From NCBI GenBank assembly GCA_951406725.2, contig OX597817.1:110918001-110982000 (forward strand): a stretch of DNA of 64,000 bases, in the 5' to 3' direction. Shown one piece after another: positions 1 to 12,726 of this stretch (positions are counted from its first letter, which is position 1; every line of letters begins with the position of its first letter). The notes beneath the pieces were generated by a model. It ran no database searches. It was not told where the DNA came from and worked only from the letters and a program-made list of their open reading frames with translations. The position numbers were made by a program, and so were the translations under genes. This DNA comes from Octopus vulgaris (lineage: Eukaryota).

Positions 1-497
1 AGTCTGTCAACTTTACAAAATTTCTCACTCCATTCTTTCATCCTATTTATCTCTCTATGAACTTAAAGCCCTTTTCATCTGATATGAAGCTAAATATTGT
101 GATGCTAAATCCATATTTTAACTACATATATATTTTAGAGACAGATTTTAAATGTACCATTATGAAAGAATAAACGTATTGGTGTTGATTTAATTGACTA
201 ACCCACTTCCCCTAATTTCAGATGTCGACCTTTGTAAGAAGCAATTATTTAAGGTCAGTAGATTGGTAGATTCATCAGAACATCACAAAAAATAACTTGT
301 GATATTTGTTCTGGTTTTTTACATTTTGAGTTTAAATCCCACTGAGTTTAAATCCCACTGAGTTTAAATCCCCTTACCATTCATCTCTCTGGGATCAATA
401 AAATAAAGCACCAGTGACGTACTGGAGTTAATATTATTAACTAACCTCTCCAACTAAATTTCAGACCATGCATCAATATTACTATTTTTATTACTAT

Positions 498-706
498 GGC
501 GACGAGTTGGCAGAATTGTTAGCACATCAGGCAAAATGCTTTGTGGTTTTCTTTCATCTTTATATTCTGAGTTCAAATGCTGCCATGGTCAACTTTGCCT
601 TTCATCCTTTTGGGGTTAGTAAAATAAGTACCAGAGAAGCACTAGGATCACTGTAGTTGACTAGTCCCTTCCCCTAAAATTTCAGCCTTGTGCCTTTAGT
701 AGAAAG
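498..706 (+). mobile_element. SINE family A (tRNA-derived, TAA-tailed)
   Basis: Head ggcgacgagttggcagaattgttagc, B-box-like gagttcaaat, central gcctttcatccttttgggg..aaaataagtaccag, 3' ccttgtgcctttagtagaaagg. Same sequence recurs many times in the window, with decayed copies near 250-475, 1965-2140, 4495-4715, 5605-5800, 26415-26600, 33000-33195, 45285-45435, 47720-47880, 54815-54960 and 57185-57355. Confidence 0.85.
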
Positions 707-708
707 GC

Positions 709-1640
709 TCCTCCTCCTCCTCCTCTGCGCACTCGGACTTGTTTGGTCTGATTGATTTTGTGAGAATGGACAGCAGCCTGTTGTTGTCAGAGGTCCTACA
801 GAGTCTCTTTCTGCACATCACAAGCTTTGATAATTGGTTGCTAATTATTGTGGGAGACATTCAACACCCAAGAACCAATCTCAAAATCCTAGCTGCCCCC
901 AGTAGAGCAGTTTTTTGCGCTTGCTCTGCTCTCATGTCAATTCTGATTTTTCTGACATATTTCTTGAAGTTGGTTGTTAGTGCTCTGAGTGCCCCTACAA
1001 CAACTGGGATGACAAACACTCTTCTCATAGTTCACATTCTTGCAATTTCATCTTTTAGTAGTCTGTACTTTGCCATTTTTTTCTAGTTCTTTGTCACTTA
1101 TGTGTGCATTCCCAGATATTGCAATATCTATAATTTTGGTTTCCTTTTTTCCTTTATCTACCACAACAATGTCTGGTCTCTGAGCATCAATTAGGGAGTC
1201 TTATTGGATTGTAAAATCCCACAGTATCTTATATTCATTGTTCTCGATGACATCTTCTGGTTCATGTTTGTACCATTTCCAAGCTCTGTCCAGGCCGTAC
1301 TTTTTACATAGTCTCCAGTGAACAAACTCAGCCACGTTATCGTGCCTCTTTTTGTAATGCTTTTGGGTCAGCTTGCTACATTAACTCACAGTATATGAAA
1401 TTGTTTTGTTTTTGCTACCACACAACGTACAAAGGGATGATTCACTGCTCTTATCTATTTGGAACTTGATATAATTAGTTCTCAGAGCTTGTTCCTGGAC
1501 ACTGCATATCAATGCCTCAGAGCATCCTTTCAGATTACTTTTTCTTAGCCAAGTGTTGGCCTTGTCTTTTCCTGCGATTTCTCTGAGGTATTGCCCATGC
1601 AGTGATTTCATTTTCTTCATCTTGTTTCTTAAGTGGGTGC
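709..1640 (-). mobile_element. R4/Dong-clade (RLE) non-LTR retrotransposon, 3' fragment, pseudogenised
   Basis: Minus-strand translation LHGQY..QEQALRTNY..CTLCGSKNKTISY (zinc knuckle)..KKRHDNVAEFVHW..KILWDF..RPDIVVVDK..IIDIA..IPVVVGAL..QKTALLGAARILRLVL, the C-terminal restriction-like endonuclease signature. Has stops and a frameshift, and ends in a (GAG)n run. Confidence 0.92.
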
Positions 1641-1723
1641 ATTACATTTTCAGTAGGTATTATATTGTTAATTCTATCAGTGGCAAGCAAGGATTCACTC
1701 AGCTGCTTTTATTACTATTATTT

Positions 1724-1940
1724 AAGGTGGCAAGCTGGCAGAATCATTAGTACGTTAGACAAAATGCTTAACGGCATTTCCTGTCTTTGTGTTTTTAGCT
1801 CAAATTCTGCCAAAGTTATCTTTACCTTTCATCCTTTTAGGGTCAATAAAATAAGTACTAGTCAAGTGCTGGGAGCAATATAACAAATTTGCTCCATTCT
1901 CTCAAACTTGTTGGCCTTGTGCCAAAATTAGAAATGTTAT
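1724..1940 (+). mobile_element. SINE family A
   Basis: aaggtggcaagctggcagaatcattag head through ggccttgtgccaaaatt tail; matches other family A copies. Confidence 0.85.
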
Positions 1941-4900
1941 TAAGTGTAGCCTGTTATTAATGATTTCTAACATAAAGCCTGATGGAAAGGTATAGTTGAC
2001 TTAACTGACTCCAGTACTTGACTGGTTCTTATTTTATCTATCTCTAAAAAGACAAAGGCAATTCCTGACTGAATTTGAACTCACATAATAAAGAAATCAA
2101 AGTGCAAGGCATTTCATACAATGCTCTACAAATTATGCCATTCATATCAGTAGGTTTTGTGGATAATCAACTGAAAAGCTAGTGATTCATATTTCATAGC
2201 TTGTCGCTGGTACTGTAAGTATGTCTCTAACTGAAATGCTTAACTATTAAAAGCCAGAGTTCATGACTGCCAAATGATGTAATCACTACTGCATTAGGTT
2301 AAGCAACCAAATCTTCCTCAAATCACACCATATCATCTTTAAAAAAAAAAGGAAAAATACATTGGGCAATATAAGACATTAGATATGCCAAAAAAGGTGA
2401 GATGGTCATGCTTTAAATACCTTTGACCATAGATCTTTTCAGTCAGAGCTGACCTACAGTGAAAAATTGCAACAACAGTTACAGTATAGAATTGATGAAT
2501 GATTCATTGCTTTGCAGTTCACTGCTCCTTTTTTTCCCACAGGAAAAGTACCTACAAATGGCTAACATCCCAGCCAGTGGTAAATTTGTCATATTAGATT
2601 AAAGACATAAAAATCATATGTAAGTAGCAGCAGACTCTGCAGGTCCATGATAGAACAAATGCATTAATAATGATAGTGAGGGTAAAGAGGATGAATATAA
2701 TAGGATTGCCATTGGGTAAATAAATAAATAGAATCATTCACGGAACAAAACCAATAACATAATTATTTCCCTTAAATTTGATTTATGTATTACATACATA
2801 CGGAAGACCAGATGGGGACAGACATTGTATTTTAAATATTATTTAAATGTTCTATAGTTATTCTTTTAATTGCTTTAATTTTGCTTCCTTTATTTAATAG
2901 CCAAGGCTGAAGAGATAATTTCATCCTCTTGTCATTTGATAATATCCTATCACATGATCACATCTATGTAGAATTGCATAGAGTTTCCTTCCTCTGTTTC
3001 AGCTTGTTAAAGTTTAAATGTCTGCTTGGTGGCAAACTGAAGTAGCTTAGTATGATATATGTCACTGTCCCTCATATGGTTGCTGTGAACTGCCTTTTGT
3101 CCCTTTTTTGCGTGTGTATGTGTATTTCAGTTTCTATACAATAGTTAGTTGTGGTCTTTGTGAGTCAATCATATCACATCACTCAAGAATATCAAATTTG
3201 ATAACATCCTGCATCAATGCAATCATCTGTAATTCAGTCTCTTAGTGCTATCATTTAATCTATTCTTTGACATTTTCTTCCCTTCCAAACAGCTATGAGT
3301 TTATACATTAGCAGCATTAAAACATAAGTATGCATGCATACTGTCTGTCTCTCTATCTATCCCTATCTTTTCTCATCTCTATGTCTCCCTCTCTCTGTTT
3401 CCTCCTTCTCTCTGTCTCCTCCTTCTCTCTTGCTGGGTTGCTGGTTGGTGTTTTATTAGCCGGAATAACAATATATTTAACTTTCTATTCACTGTCCTTT
3501 TTGTGAATCAGTAAATAAGGTCACGTTCTCTTATCTTAATATTTTATGTGATGGCTTTGTTTAGATGTTAAAATTTCCAACTTGTATCTTTATTTACAAA
3601 AAACATACACTTTTTTTTTTATTGAGCTTTAATACAAATTTATTTAATTTTGCAAGAGCTTTTTGGTTTGGTATTCCTAATAAAACAATAATAAATTAAC
3701 AAAGTACTTTCTTCACTCTGACATTCATCAATAGAAATGGGACAATGTGTTTCAAACTCAGAAAAGCAAATCAGGCAATATCATCTATAAAGAGCCTGAG
3801 ATTAGCATCATTCATTTGGTGACCTCTGTTAAGACAAGTCTTGCAACTCTTCACCAGCGCTCACTATTAGGCATATTTCCCTGAGGCATTTCTGCCCTGT
3901 TGCAATTCATTTAGCAATCTATCTTTTCAAAAATAAGATACAAGTGTCACATGTATCACATGTGTATAGGGTTCACCAGCAATCAATGTTTTTAATGAGA
4001 CATCATTTTTATGTGATTGCAAACTAAGGTTAAAAAGCTCATCACCTGTTTGTGAGATTTAACTATCCCTGCTGAATGTCAGCTTGATATTTCAGTTTTC
4101 TTCACTTGGGATCCAAAACATTGGACAGAGACACATACCAGGTACTGTTAGCCAGAGCCCGCTGACCTTGGGACTCATGTCAGGCAGGCTCATGTCATGC
4201 CCTGAAGTAATGATAAAAGTCACTACACTCTCTAAGTGTCAACTCACTCCATGATTCCTATATCTAATACCACATTATTGACATAAAGTCTACACACACA
4301 CACACATGTTGAATGTTCATCACATGAAATGCCTTGTAATGTTTACTCTCAATCCAACTACATGTTAAGTTCAAATTCTATTTGTGTAGTGTGTGCTTTT
4401 AAAATTCTCAGGATCAATAAAATAAATGAATTCAGTAGACAGTTCCCCTCCTCTAAAGATATGTGACCTTATACCAATGAAAAAAACTGACACTAATCAG
4501 CAGAAGGCAATAGATAGACAAAATTCTTTGAATGTTATACAAGATGCTTTGTAATATTGATTTATTAACCTTTTTGTTCAGAGTTTGAGACCCCTAAAAC
4601 CAATAGGCCATTCATCCATCCAAGGTCTAAAAATACCAGTCGAGTGCTGGGGGTTAGTATATAGTCATCTGTACCCTCCCATAAACGTATGTCCTTGTAC
4701 CTATGTTATAAATCAATATTATTCATCAGAAATAATAGCTTTTACTTTTGTCTATCCATACCTTTGAGCTGAATAGGTCAGTATTGTTTTAATACTTACT
4801 TTTCTATGCTTGTATGAGATGGATGGAGTTTATTGAGGCAGGTTTTATCTGACTGCATACCCTTCCTGTCACCAAACCCATTGTTTCCAAACAAGGAAAT

Positions 4901-5870
4901 ATTTCCCCATGACCAGACATGTTTTTGCAGAATATTGGAAATGAATGGCACTGCAGGTATGACAACAACACTCATTTACAGCTATCATGCTATGTCAAGA
5001 CAAGGAGAGACACACATGCATGCACTTTTCTCTCTCTCTCTCTTGGAATAAGCTTCTTTCAGTTTCCATCTATCATATCTATTCTCAATGCTTTGATTGG
5101 CCTGGTGTTAAAGTAGAAGACAGTTACTCTGGGTACCATGAAGTGGGACTGAACCTGAAGTTATGTGGTTTTGAAAGCAATCTTCTTAAATATGAGTAAT
5201 GCTTGCACCTATCAAATTAGCTATATATTATTCTTTGCCTAATACGTAGCTTTTTTTTCTCCAGTTTTGTTATTAGCCAAGCCATCTAGATCCTAGCCAA
5301 TGGACTGAATGATTCGCATCAATGGCACTAGGCTTTATTTTTAGTTGCGGTATTTAGCTTCCATTAACCAAATCTGCTTAGTTACATATAAGTACCATAG
5401 AGAAATACAACACATTTCTATAGACAGCAGAGGCCCTGTAAATACATTTCAGAGATGTTTTGTTATTTTGAAATTCAAAACTGTAATGGTTTAGTAGACT
5501 AGCATTTTATTTTGTAGGCAGACATTTCTCTCAACCATTCACTATCTGGAAACCTGGAACAAGTTCCAATATTGTAAAACAAGCACATGGAATTTAAAAT
5601 AATGATTTCTTTCATAGATACAAAGCCAAAAGTTTTTGGGGAGAAGTACAATTAATTATGTCAATCCTCATATTTTATTGGTATTTTATTTTGTCAACCT
5701 TGAAAGAGTGAAAGCAAAGTCAGTCCAAGCTGGATTTGATCTCAGAATGTAATGAGCCATGACTAGACACATTTCACCTTCATATGTATGGATAATTCTG
5801 GTAGTTTTACATTGTACTTCCTGGTCATCTGCTAGTGAGAAAATTTGTGATTAAAAGTATTCTAGCCATA

Positions 5871-6031
5871 CAGTGGTGAAGTATGGGGTGTGTGGGTTGT
5901 GTAAATCACACAGGATGGGTGGATGCTTTATACATGCATGTTTGCTGTCATTGACAGTATGTTACATTTAGGGAAAGGGGTAACAAACTTGGCTACCGTG
6001 CAGGGTGACCAAGACCCAAGTTAAGCCACTG
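5871..6031. mobile_element. hAT-type MITE
   Basis: Termini cagtgg/ccactg, flanked by 8-bp TSD tagccata (5863-5870) and tagcaata (6032-6039). Confidence 0.65.
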
Positions 6032-7930
6032 TAGCAATAACTATCTTGTATTTTCTCTCTCTCTCTACACACACACACACAAAATTACATTGTCCAAAGT
6101 GTCTTTCCTTTTTTAAAACATAAAGGTTTAATTGGAGAGAGTTTTTTTTTTTTTTTTTGTATTTGTGTTTCTTTTGTCTATTTCTAGCATGTTGAGCACC
6201 TTCATATATAAGTTCTTTTTGTTCGTTAGAGATCTGTATGGTCATTTGCATGAGTGAGTTTATTGGTTGATTAATGCCTAGCCAGTTCTGATTAACCTTA
6301 ATTATTACACCTAAGTAGCTAAACTGAACATTTGATAATGATACACTGAATGAAGTGTAATAGTGGGATTCAGAATAGCTTGAGATCTCAAATTTAAACA
6401 AAGTTGACAACAATAGGCTTTGGATATGCTAACATAAAATTAGAAATGCATGAGAAACTGCTGCATTGCTGATTTGTTCAACTTTTATCATCATTGAAAA
6501 ATAGAAATAATAATGATTCAATTATTCTAGAGAGTTTTAATATAGTTCAAGTGAAACAAAGAAATAATGATGTATATTTTTATTTTTGATAAGGATTAAT
6601 TCCATATATTTACGTGACACAAAGGCAAACCAATGTGCATAAGAAGTTTACTTTGCAGCTATATGGTTTTATGTGCATTCTCACTACATGATACTTTAGG
6701 CTTAAATCTTCTACACTGGGTTGATGAATTCTTTGTGAGTGAAATTTGGTAAATAGAAACTGATTAGAAGCTTCTTGTATGTGTGTTTGTTTTTGCATGC
6801 CTTTGCAATGACACTGCTTATGTAGCAGTGACATTACTTAATCCCTATGAGAAAAAAATCAAGCAGCTTGGCAGTTCAATGTGCAAAGACAAGAACTAAA
6901 GTATCTTACTTTAAAACAAGTAATGGTTGATATCAAGAACGGTGTCTGGCCACAGAATATTGCTTTAAGAAGTTTTATCCTATCTATGCTAACATGTAAA
7001 AGTAAACATGAATTTGATGATGATTACTTAATCTTAATTGAAGATGAATGAGACTTAACTGTGTTGAAATCATAAACAATACTTCATATTGCTTATAATG
7101 GTTTCACCCCTAATTTTAATTTAATGTGGAAAGCTGATTAACTCAAGGCCCATATAGTTTTAATACTTGATCAATTCCAGAAAAAGGGAAAATTTGCTCC
7201 AAATTTTGAAATTAGAAACTGAAGACAAAATAAGCTACATATGGTAATGAAGATTAGGTATGATATAAAACTAAATATGAATCACTCTCTATTCACATCA
7301 CCATTGCACTTGTAGAATAAAAACGAATGAACATACTGCAAAAATATCTTCTTTATTTTGGTAGAGTTCTGTCAGAAGTTCTGTATTGTAGTTTGTTAAG
7401 TTGTCAATTAACAAATGTTCCAAGGAAGAAAACATTTAAACATTAATATCATGTTAAATAATGTCCTACCTTTTTATTTTGTATTTGAAAAATGTGAAAA
7501 TTTCTATATAATAAAAGTTTCCTGTGAAAGAAAAAATAATTAGCACAAACTCATTTATTACAAAATGAGTTTCTAAAAATATATTTCCTCATTTACTTTG
7601 TTGCAACTTAAAAAATAAATTAATTAGAATCATATTATGGAAAAAAATATCATTTATTGCTAAGACCTAAGTGTCTCTACATGGCAATTATCTTTTATTT
7701 AGGTGGAAAAAAAATTCTGGATAATTGTAGAGAATACATGCAAAACCATTCAAATGAAATAAATTTTGATAACTTAATAAATCTGTTATTATACATGGAA
7801 AAACAATATAACATAGACAAACCCATAACCTCTCAAGTTTAAAATGTACCTGTTTAATTTTTGTTGTGCTTCTCATATTTTACATTTTTATGGTTGATTT
7901 TTGTTAAAAAGAGTTTGGTCATTTTTTATT

Positions 7931-8411
7931 TACATTATTTACATTTGATGGATATTTGTTCTCATCTTGTTTGTTGTTAACACATTGTTTCGGCTGATAT
8001 ACCCTCCAGCCTTCTTCAGGCGTCTTGTAGAAATTTTAGAACCTGGGTTCTCATTCCTAAGGTATTTTTCGATGTTGTTGTTGTTGTTGCTGTTGTTGTT
8101 CAGGACACTGCCTGGAATCGAGCAGGGCATCTTGGGGTTAGTAGCCCATGCTCTTAACTCCAAAATTTCGAGTTCAATTCCAAGCAGTGACCTGAACAAT
8201 AACAACAACAACAACAACAACAATAATAATACCAACAACAACAACGAAAAATACCCTAGGAATGATAACCCAGGTTCGAAATTACCCCAAGACACCTGAA
8301 GAAGGCTGGAGGGTATATCAGCCGAAAAGTTGTGTTAACAACCAACAAGATGACAAATATCCGTTGAATGTAAATAATGTACATAATTCCTCTTCTCCTA
8401 AATATAGAACT
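7931..8411. mobile_element. tRNA-head hammerhead element, inverted pair (copy 1)
   Basis: ~230 bp arms in inverted orientation meeting near 8160. TSD gtttggtcattttt(t)attta at 7913-7932 and 8412-8430. Each arm has a tRNA-like segment, (AAC)n and an HHR motif. Confidence 0.85.
8291..8336 (+). ncRNA. Minimal type I hammerhead ribozyme motif (slightly decayed)
   Basis: gacac-CTGAAGA-a-ggctg..cagcc-GAAA-ag-TT-gtgtt. Stems I and II pair; stem III reads AG instead of CG. A more decayed mirror copy lies on - at 7979-8024. Confidence 0.7.
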
Positions 8412-10825
8412 GTTTGGTCATTTTTATTTAAACATTGTTACTTTATTCCAAACCATTATAAGCTAACTCTATCATAGGAAGTACACTTCTGATGATATAA
8501 GTTAACTTTCATGGACATTTTTATTTCTTTTACTTCCACTTGATAGTCAGAGCAGATTCACTTGGTAGAAACTAACCTATTAGCTTGAAGTATTGTTGGT
8601 TTGTAACTTCTCACCATTGTGTCCTTAGAAAACTATTTACTATATTTCTTGGCATAGGGTTACTATTTTTTTTTCTTTAAAAAATAAATCTAAAAAAAAT
8701 TACCAAGTTTCCAAAGGGACAAAGGTTATATTTTTCATAAGCCAGTTTTAACTCCAGAGAAAGATTATATAAAATAAACTTAGCATACCTCCATGACATA
8801 AAAAACTATGTGAAAGTAGGAGACCTTGTTTTTATATTTATCATAATTTTTCCTCAAACTTTTAAAGCTAAATTTGCAGTGCATCTTATGGTAATGCTCA
8901 ATTATCAATTTCTGTTAGTTGTAAATGAGTGTCACAAGGACATGCACTTTGTTACTCCATGTAACTTAGACACTGTATGACTGGCAAGTATTTGCTACAC
9001 ATGCAGTACTTAACCCAAAATGTTCCATGAATTTAATTTGACAAGAGCTACACAGTGGATCTCCATCATTTGACAACCAGAATTAAGTTGTTTGATCATG
9101 TGTGACAAAGCTGTGCTTATATTGTGTTTGCCTCTACTTAGTTTCCCTTACAAGGTATGGGTTGACCCAAGGCTATAGAAAATGACAGTTGGCCAAAATG
9201 CCATATAAAGGAATTGAACCTGGAAACTTGTACTTGTGAAACAAACTTCTTAGCCATTGACTTGTTTATGTATTCAAACTATATAAAAACATAAACCTTC
9301 AGTGTTGCACTAAAGATCTGGAACATCTATTATTCAAAATATCTGGAAAGTCACAATACATATACCATTTTAAAAGTCATTAATAACATAAGCGAACTAA
9401 TTGCAATATCCGATTTCAATTCCCATTGGCACCAACACTACATTTAACTCTGTTATTAACTGTGCTCAACGGCTCAAAATGTGTCAAGAATAACTTATGT
9501 GCACTATACTTTCACTTGAAATTAATTCGTATATATGGGGGAGGGGGCAGGTGGGTGTGCATGTGTGGAAATGACCATATTACAAATTCAGTATTGTGTG
9601 ACAGGAGTCCAATATTGAAGTATAGCTGGTTTGTAGTATACTGAACCAGTGTACTTTTTATACACCACTTTAATTTTAAAACTACTTGATTTCCACCAAG
9701 TTACTTTAGTGCTCTGATAATTTCCAAGCAGTGTGTCATCAGCTGATAGAGATTTTTTTTCTTCTTCTTTTTTTCACCAGGCACTTAGTTGACAGCCACT
9801 TGGATATAAAACTAAAACAAAACATTGCTTCTGAAATGCCAAGAGCAAGTAAGAAACTGTTACCCTCCCTGAAGTAAAAATACAAATCAAGATAAAGACA
9901 GAAAATAGACAGCATAGTTTATTAACCACTGATGAAAATTTATAAAGACAAAGCAAATTCCTTTCCATGAAAACTTTATCAAACAAAAGCAGCAATTTGA
10001 TAAGCAACATTGAAGGCAACCATAGTCTTCCTTAAATTTGATTTAGGTTTTGACAGCAGCATCTCTGTTGTTGGTAGTGATGGTGATATTGTCATTACTA
10101 CTATTACATCACCATTATTTATATTATCTTGCAAGTCCTAATCTGTGAAAATTGATTTCTTATGAAAGTGATAAAGACTGATATATAGTGGTTGGGAAAG
10201 CACTATGTTTTTGTGACCTTCATGAGTTCGAAAGTACTGAAATGGCTAAACCTAGTAATGAAAGCCTAGTTGAAACTATATATGTATTTTGTGCAAAGAT
10301 AGTCAAAGCTGTGTAGATTAGTAACCCCTTTAAGGGAGTTTATTTTTACCTCACATCACATTTGATTTTCATGCCAACAATAGAGCATCTACTTAGTTAC
10401 TCATTGCTAGAAGTAGCAACTAAATCTCACTTAAATCCAATTTACAGTCTTGGAAAAAGGTCAAATTTGATAATATGGTCCTGTTACATTGTACATGGGG
10501 GAAAAGATGGTGTGGCCACAATTGGAGTGCTTTTCAATCATAGTCTGCTCAATCAAAATTGGATATTTATATTTAAGTTACTTTCTAAACACAGATCAGT
10601 TAAAAATGCTAGTAGATAGATGCTATATTACTAAGGATATTTGTGAAATTAAGCTGTGAAGAAACTTCCTGAAAATTTTAATTGGAGTTTCTGTTACCAT
10701 CAGCAGCTGTGGCTTTTTGCTGAGTAGATTAAAACAATGTATTTTATGTATTTTTATAATATTTTCCTTATTTACATGCATTTAAAATAACAAAAATGGC
10801 TCTCAATAATTCATGCAGAGTGGAA

Positions 10826-11045
10826 GTTGTTATTTAGATCCAAGTCAATCCTAATTGAGCAAATATATATAACTAAAGATATTCCAGCCATGGACATTGT
10901 CTTTTCTTCAAGCACAATATATCTAGGACTACCCAATGTTCTATCTTATCTTATTTTTTAAGAAGGGAGGATAGCATTTTAAGGAGATTCAACTGCTATT
11001 TTTAGTAGATTGAGTGACCAAATAGAAACTCCTTCATTATCCTGT
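10826..11045 (+). repeat. Dispersed repeat family E (SINE-like 3' segment)
   Basis: gttgttatttagatccaagtcaatcctaattgagc..attccagccatg..gggagatt..ctgctatt..gtgacca. Related copies near 2300-2476(-), 10405-10560(-), 12421-12615, 29760-29885, 45190-45265, 54215-54375, 57465-57690 and 57830-58010(-). Strand is arbitrary. Confidence 0.65.
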
Positions 11046-11106
11046 AGAGTAGCAGTTGATTTGGAAAGTGTTTGGGTGCCTACTGATAGAAGTATGTAGA
11101 GATGCT

Positions 11107-11143
<37 letters not shown>

Positions 11144-11154
11144 TGTGTAATAGT

Positions 11155-11346
11155 AGTTTCAAACTCTGGTGCAGGGCCAACAGTTTACATTGACCCCTGT
11201 ACTTGATTGATTCTTATTTTACTGACCCTGAAAGGATGGAAGACAAAGTCAACCTTGGTGGAATTTGAACTCAGAACATAAACACAGATAAAATACCACT
11301 AAGCATTTTGCCTGTTGTGCTAATGATTCTGCCAGCTTGTTGCCTT
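11155..11346 (-). mobile_element. SINE family A
   Basis: Reverse complement of the family A consensus (gaaaggatggaagacaaagtcaaccttggtggaatttgaactcagaac..gattctgccagcttgttgcctt). Confidence 0.85.
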
Positions 11347-11775
11347 ATATCTCTACATAATAATAGCTGTTATAAATGTTGGTTGGTTGATTTCTCCAGT
11401 TACACTTTACATAATACAAAGCAAGTTAGAGAGAGTGGGTAAAAGAGCCAGTTAAGTGGTGCAGGATGAGTGCACATTTGAAGCATATCGGCAGTAAATA
11501 AACATTATACACATAGAGTAAAAGAGAGAAAGAATCATAGAGACAAAGGAGGAGTGAGAATAAATGACATGGCAGTTATGGGAAAATAGGAATTAAAATT
11601 CATTTCATTTTAAAGTAATAAATATTTTTCTTTTGAAAATTAATATTCATTTCATTATCTTGTGTGAGCATCAAGAAATTTGATAAAAGTTACATTATAA
11701 TGATTGTGTGTGCACTATGCTTCCTGCTATTACCCATGTTGGCAAAAGTATGCTTTCAAAGTTACTTGTCATATG

Positions 11776-12037
11776 TAGAGCCAGTGCAAGTAAGTGTGGG
11801 GCCCAGTTAGAGAATTGTCAGTAGGGCTCTCTACTCTACAAGAGCTGAAGATTGATATTTTATGCTTTTTGTTGTAGGTCAGTCACAGCCAAAAATCATT
11901 GAAGGCTTGATATACAAAAAATTCATCACAGTGTTTATCTGTTCTAGCATGTGCATGGGGTCCTATGTTTGTGTGGGGGCCCTCTCTTAATGCAGGGCCC
12001 AATTTGAACAAATCTAATTAGCTTAATACTGGCCATA
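11776..12037. mobile_element. hAT-type MITE
   Basis: Imperfect TIRs tagagccagt/actggccata, subterminal ggggccc motifs, 8-bp TSD gtcatatg (11768-11775) and ttcatatg (12038-12045). Confidence 0.65.
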
Positions 12038-12726
12038 TTCATATGATGGGGAACACTCTAGTTTACTTAGCAGTACCAATATAATCACAGGTAGTCATTT
12101 ATATGACCTACACTGGGTTATAAAAATATATTCAATCAGAATGGTTGAATAAGTTCTAAGGCTAAACTTGAAGTCACAGCCAACACAAATTTTAGAATAA
12201 ATTTGGCATTACTCCCAGCATTATGTCACTCCATCAGTAAATGTTTTATGTTAAAACTGGCCAGATGTGGTCTCTCACACCTATCCTACAATATCATTCC
12301 ACATGTAAGCAATCACATCATGAAAATTTCTTAGCTACAAAATAATTCATTATTAATTCAAATTAATGTGAATAAATAAGCATTGCATTTGAGAGAGTAA
12401 TCTGAATGCTGAAAGGTTAACACCCCTGGCCAGCACTGATCAAGTGGACCTATAATCAAAGAAATTTTAGCTGTGACCTTCCTATTTATTTTTCATATGT
12501 GTAGGTAACCATATTATCTAGTGTCCTTTTTTTTAAGATAGTAGATGGTAATTTGAGGGAAATTTGGTTACTATTTCTAGCAAGTTAAATGACCACATAA
12601 TGGCTCCATCATCAACTCTTCATTTTTGTTTTCACTTAAAGTGTTTCAGTGGCAGAAATGATTTAACCCTTTAGCATTTAAACCAGATGTATCCAGCTAA
12701 AATATCATGTCTGTTTCATGTTCGAG

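Noticed and set aside
328-372. gagtttaaatcccact x3, superficially CRISPR-like
   Set aside because: No spacers; a slippage triplication of the SINE B-box region in eukaryotic DNA.
739-1086. 115-aa + strand ORF
   Set aside because: Antisense shadow of the R4/Dong endonuclease region; 53787-54044 is the same.
7939-8299. Two similar ORFs on opposite strands
   Set aside because: By-product of the DNA palindrome and the (AAC)n tract, not genes.
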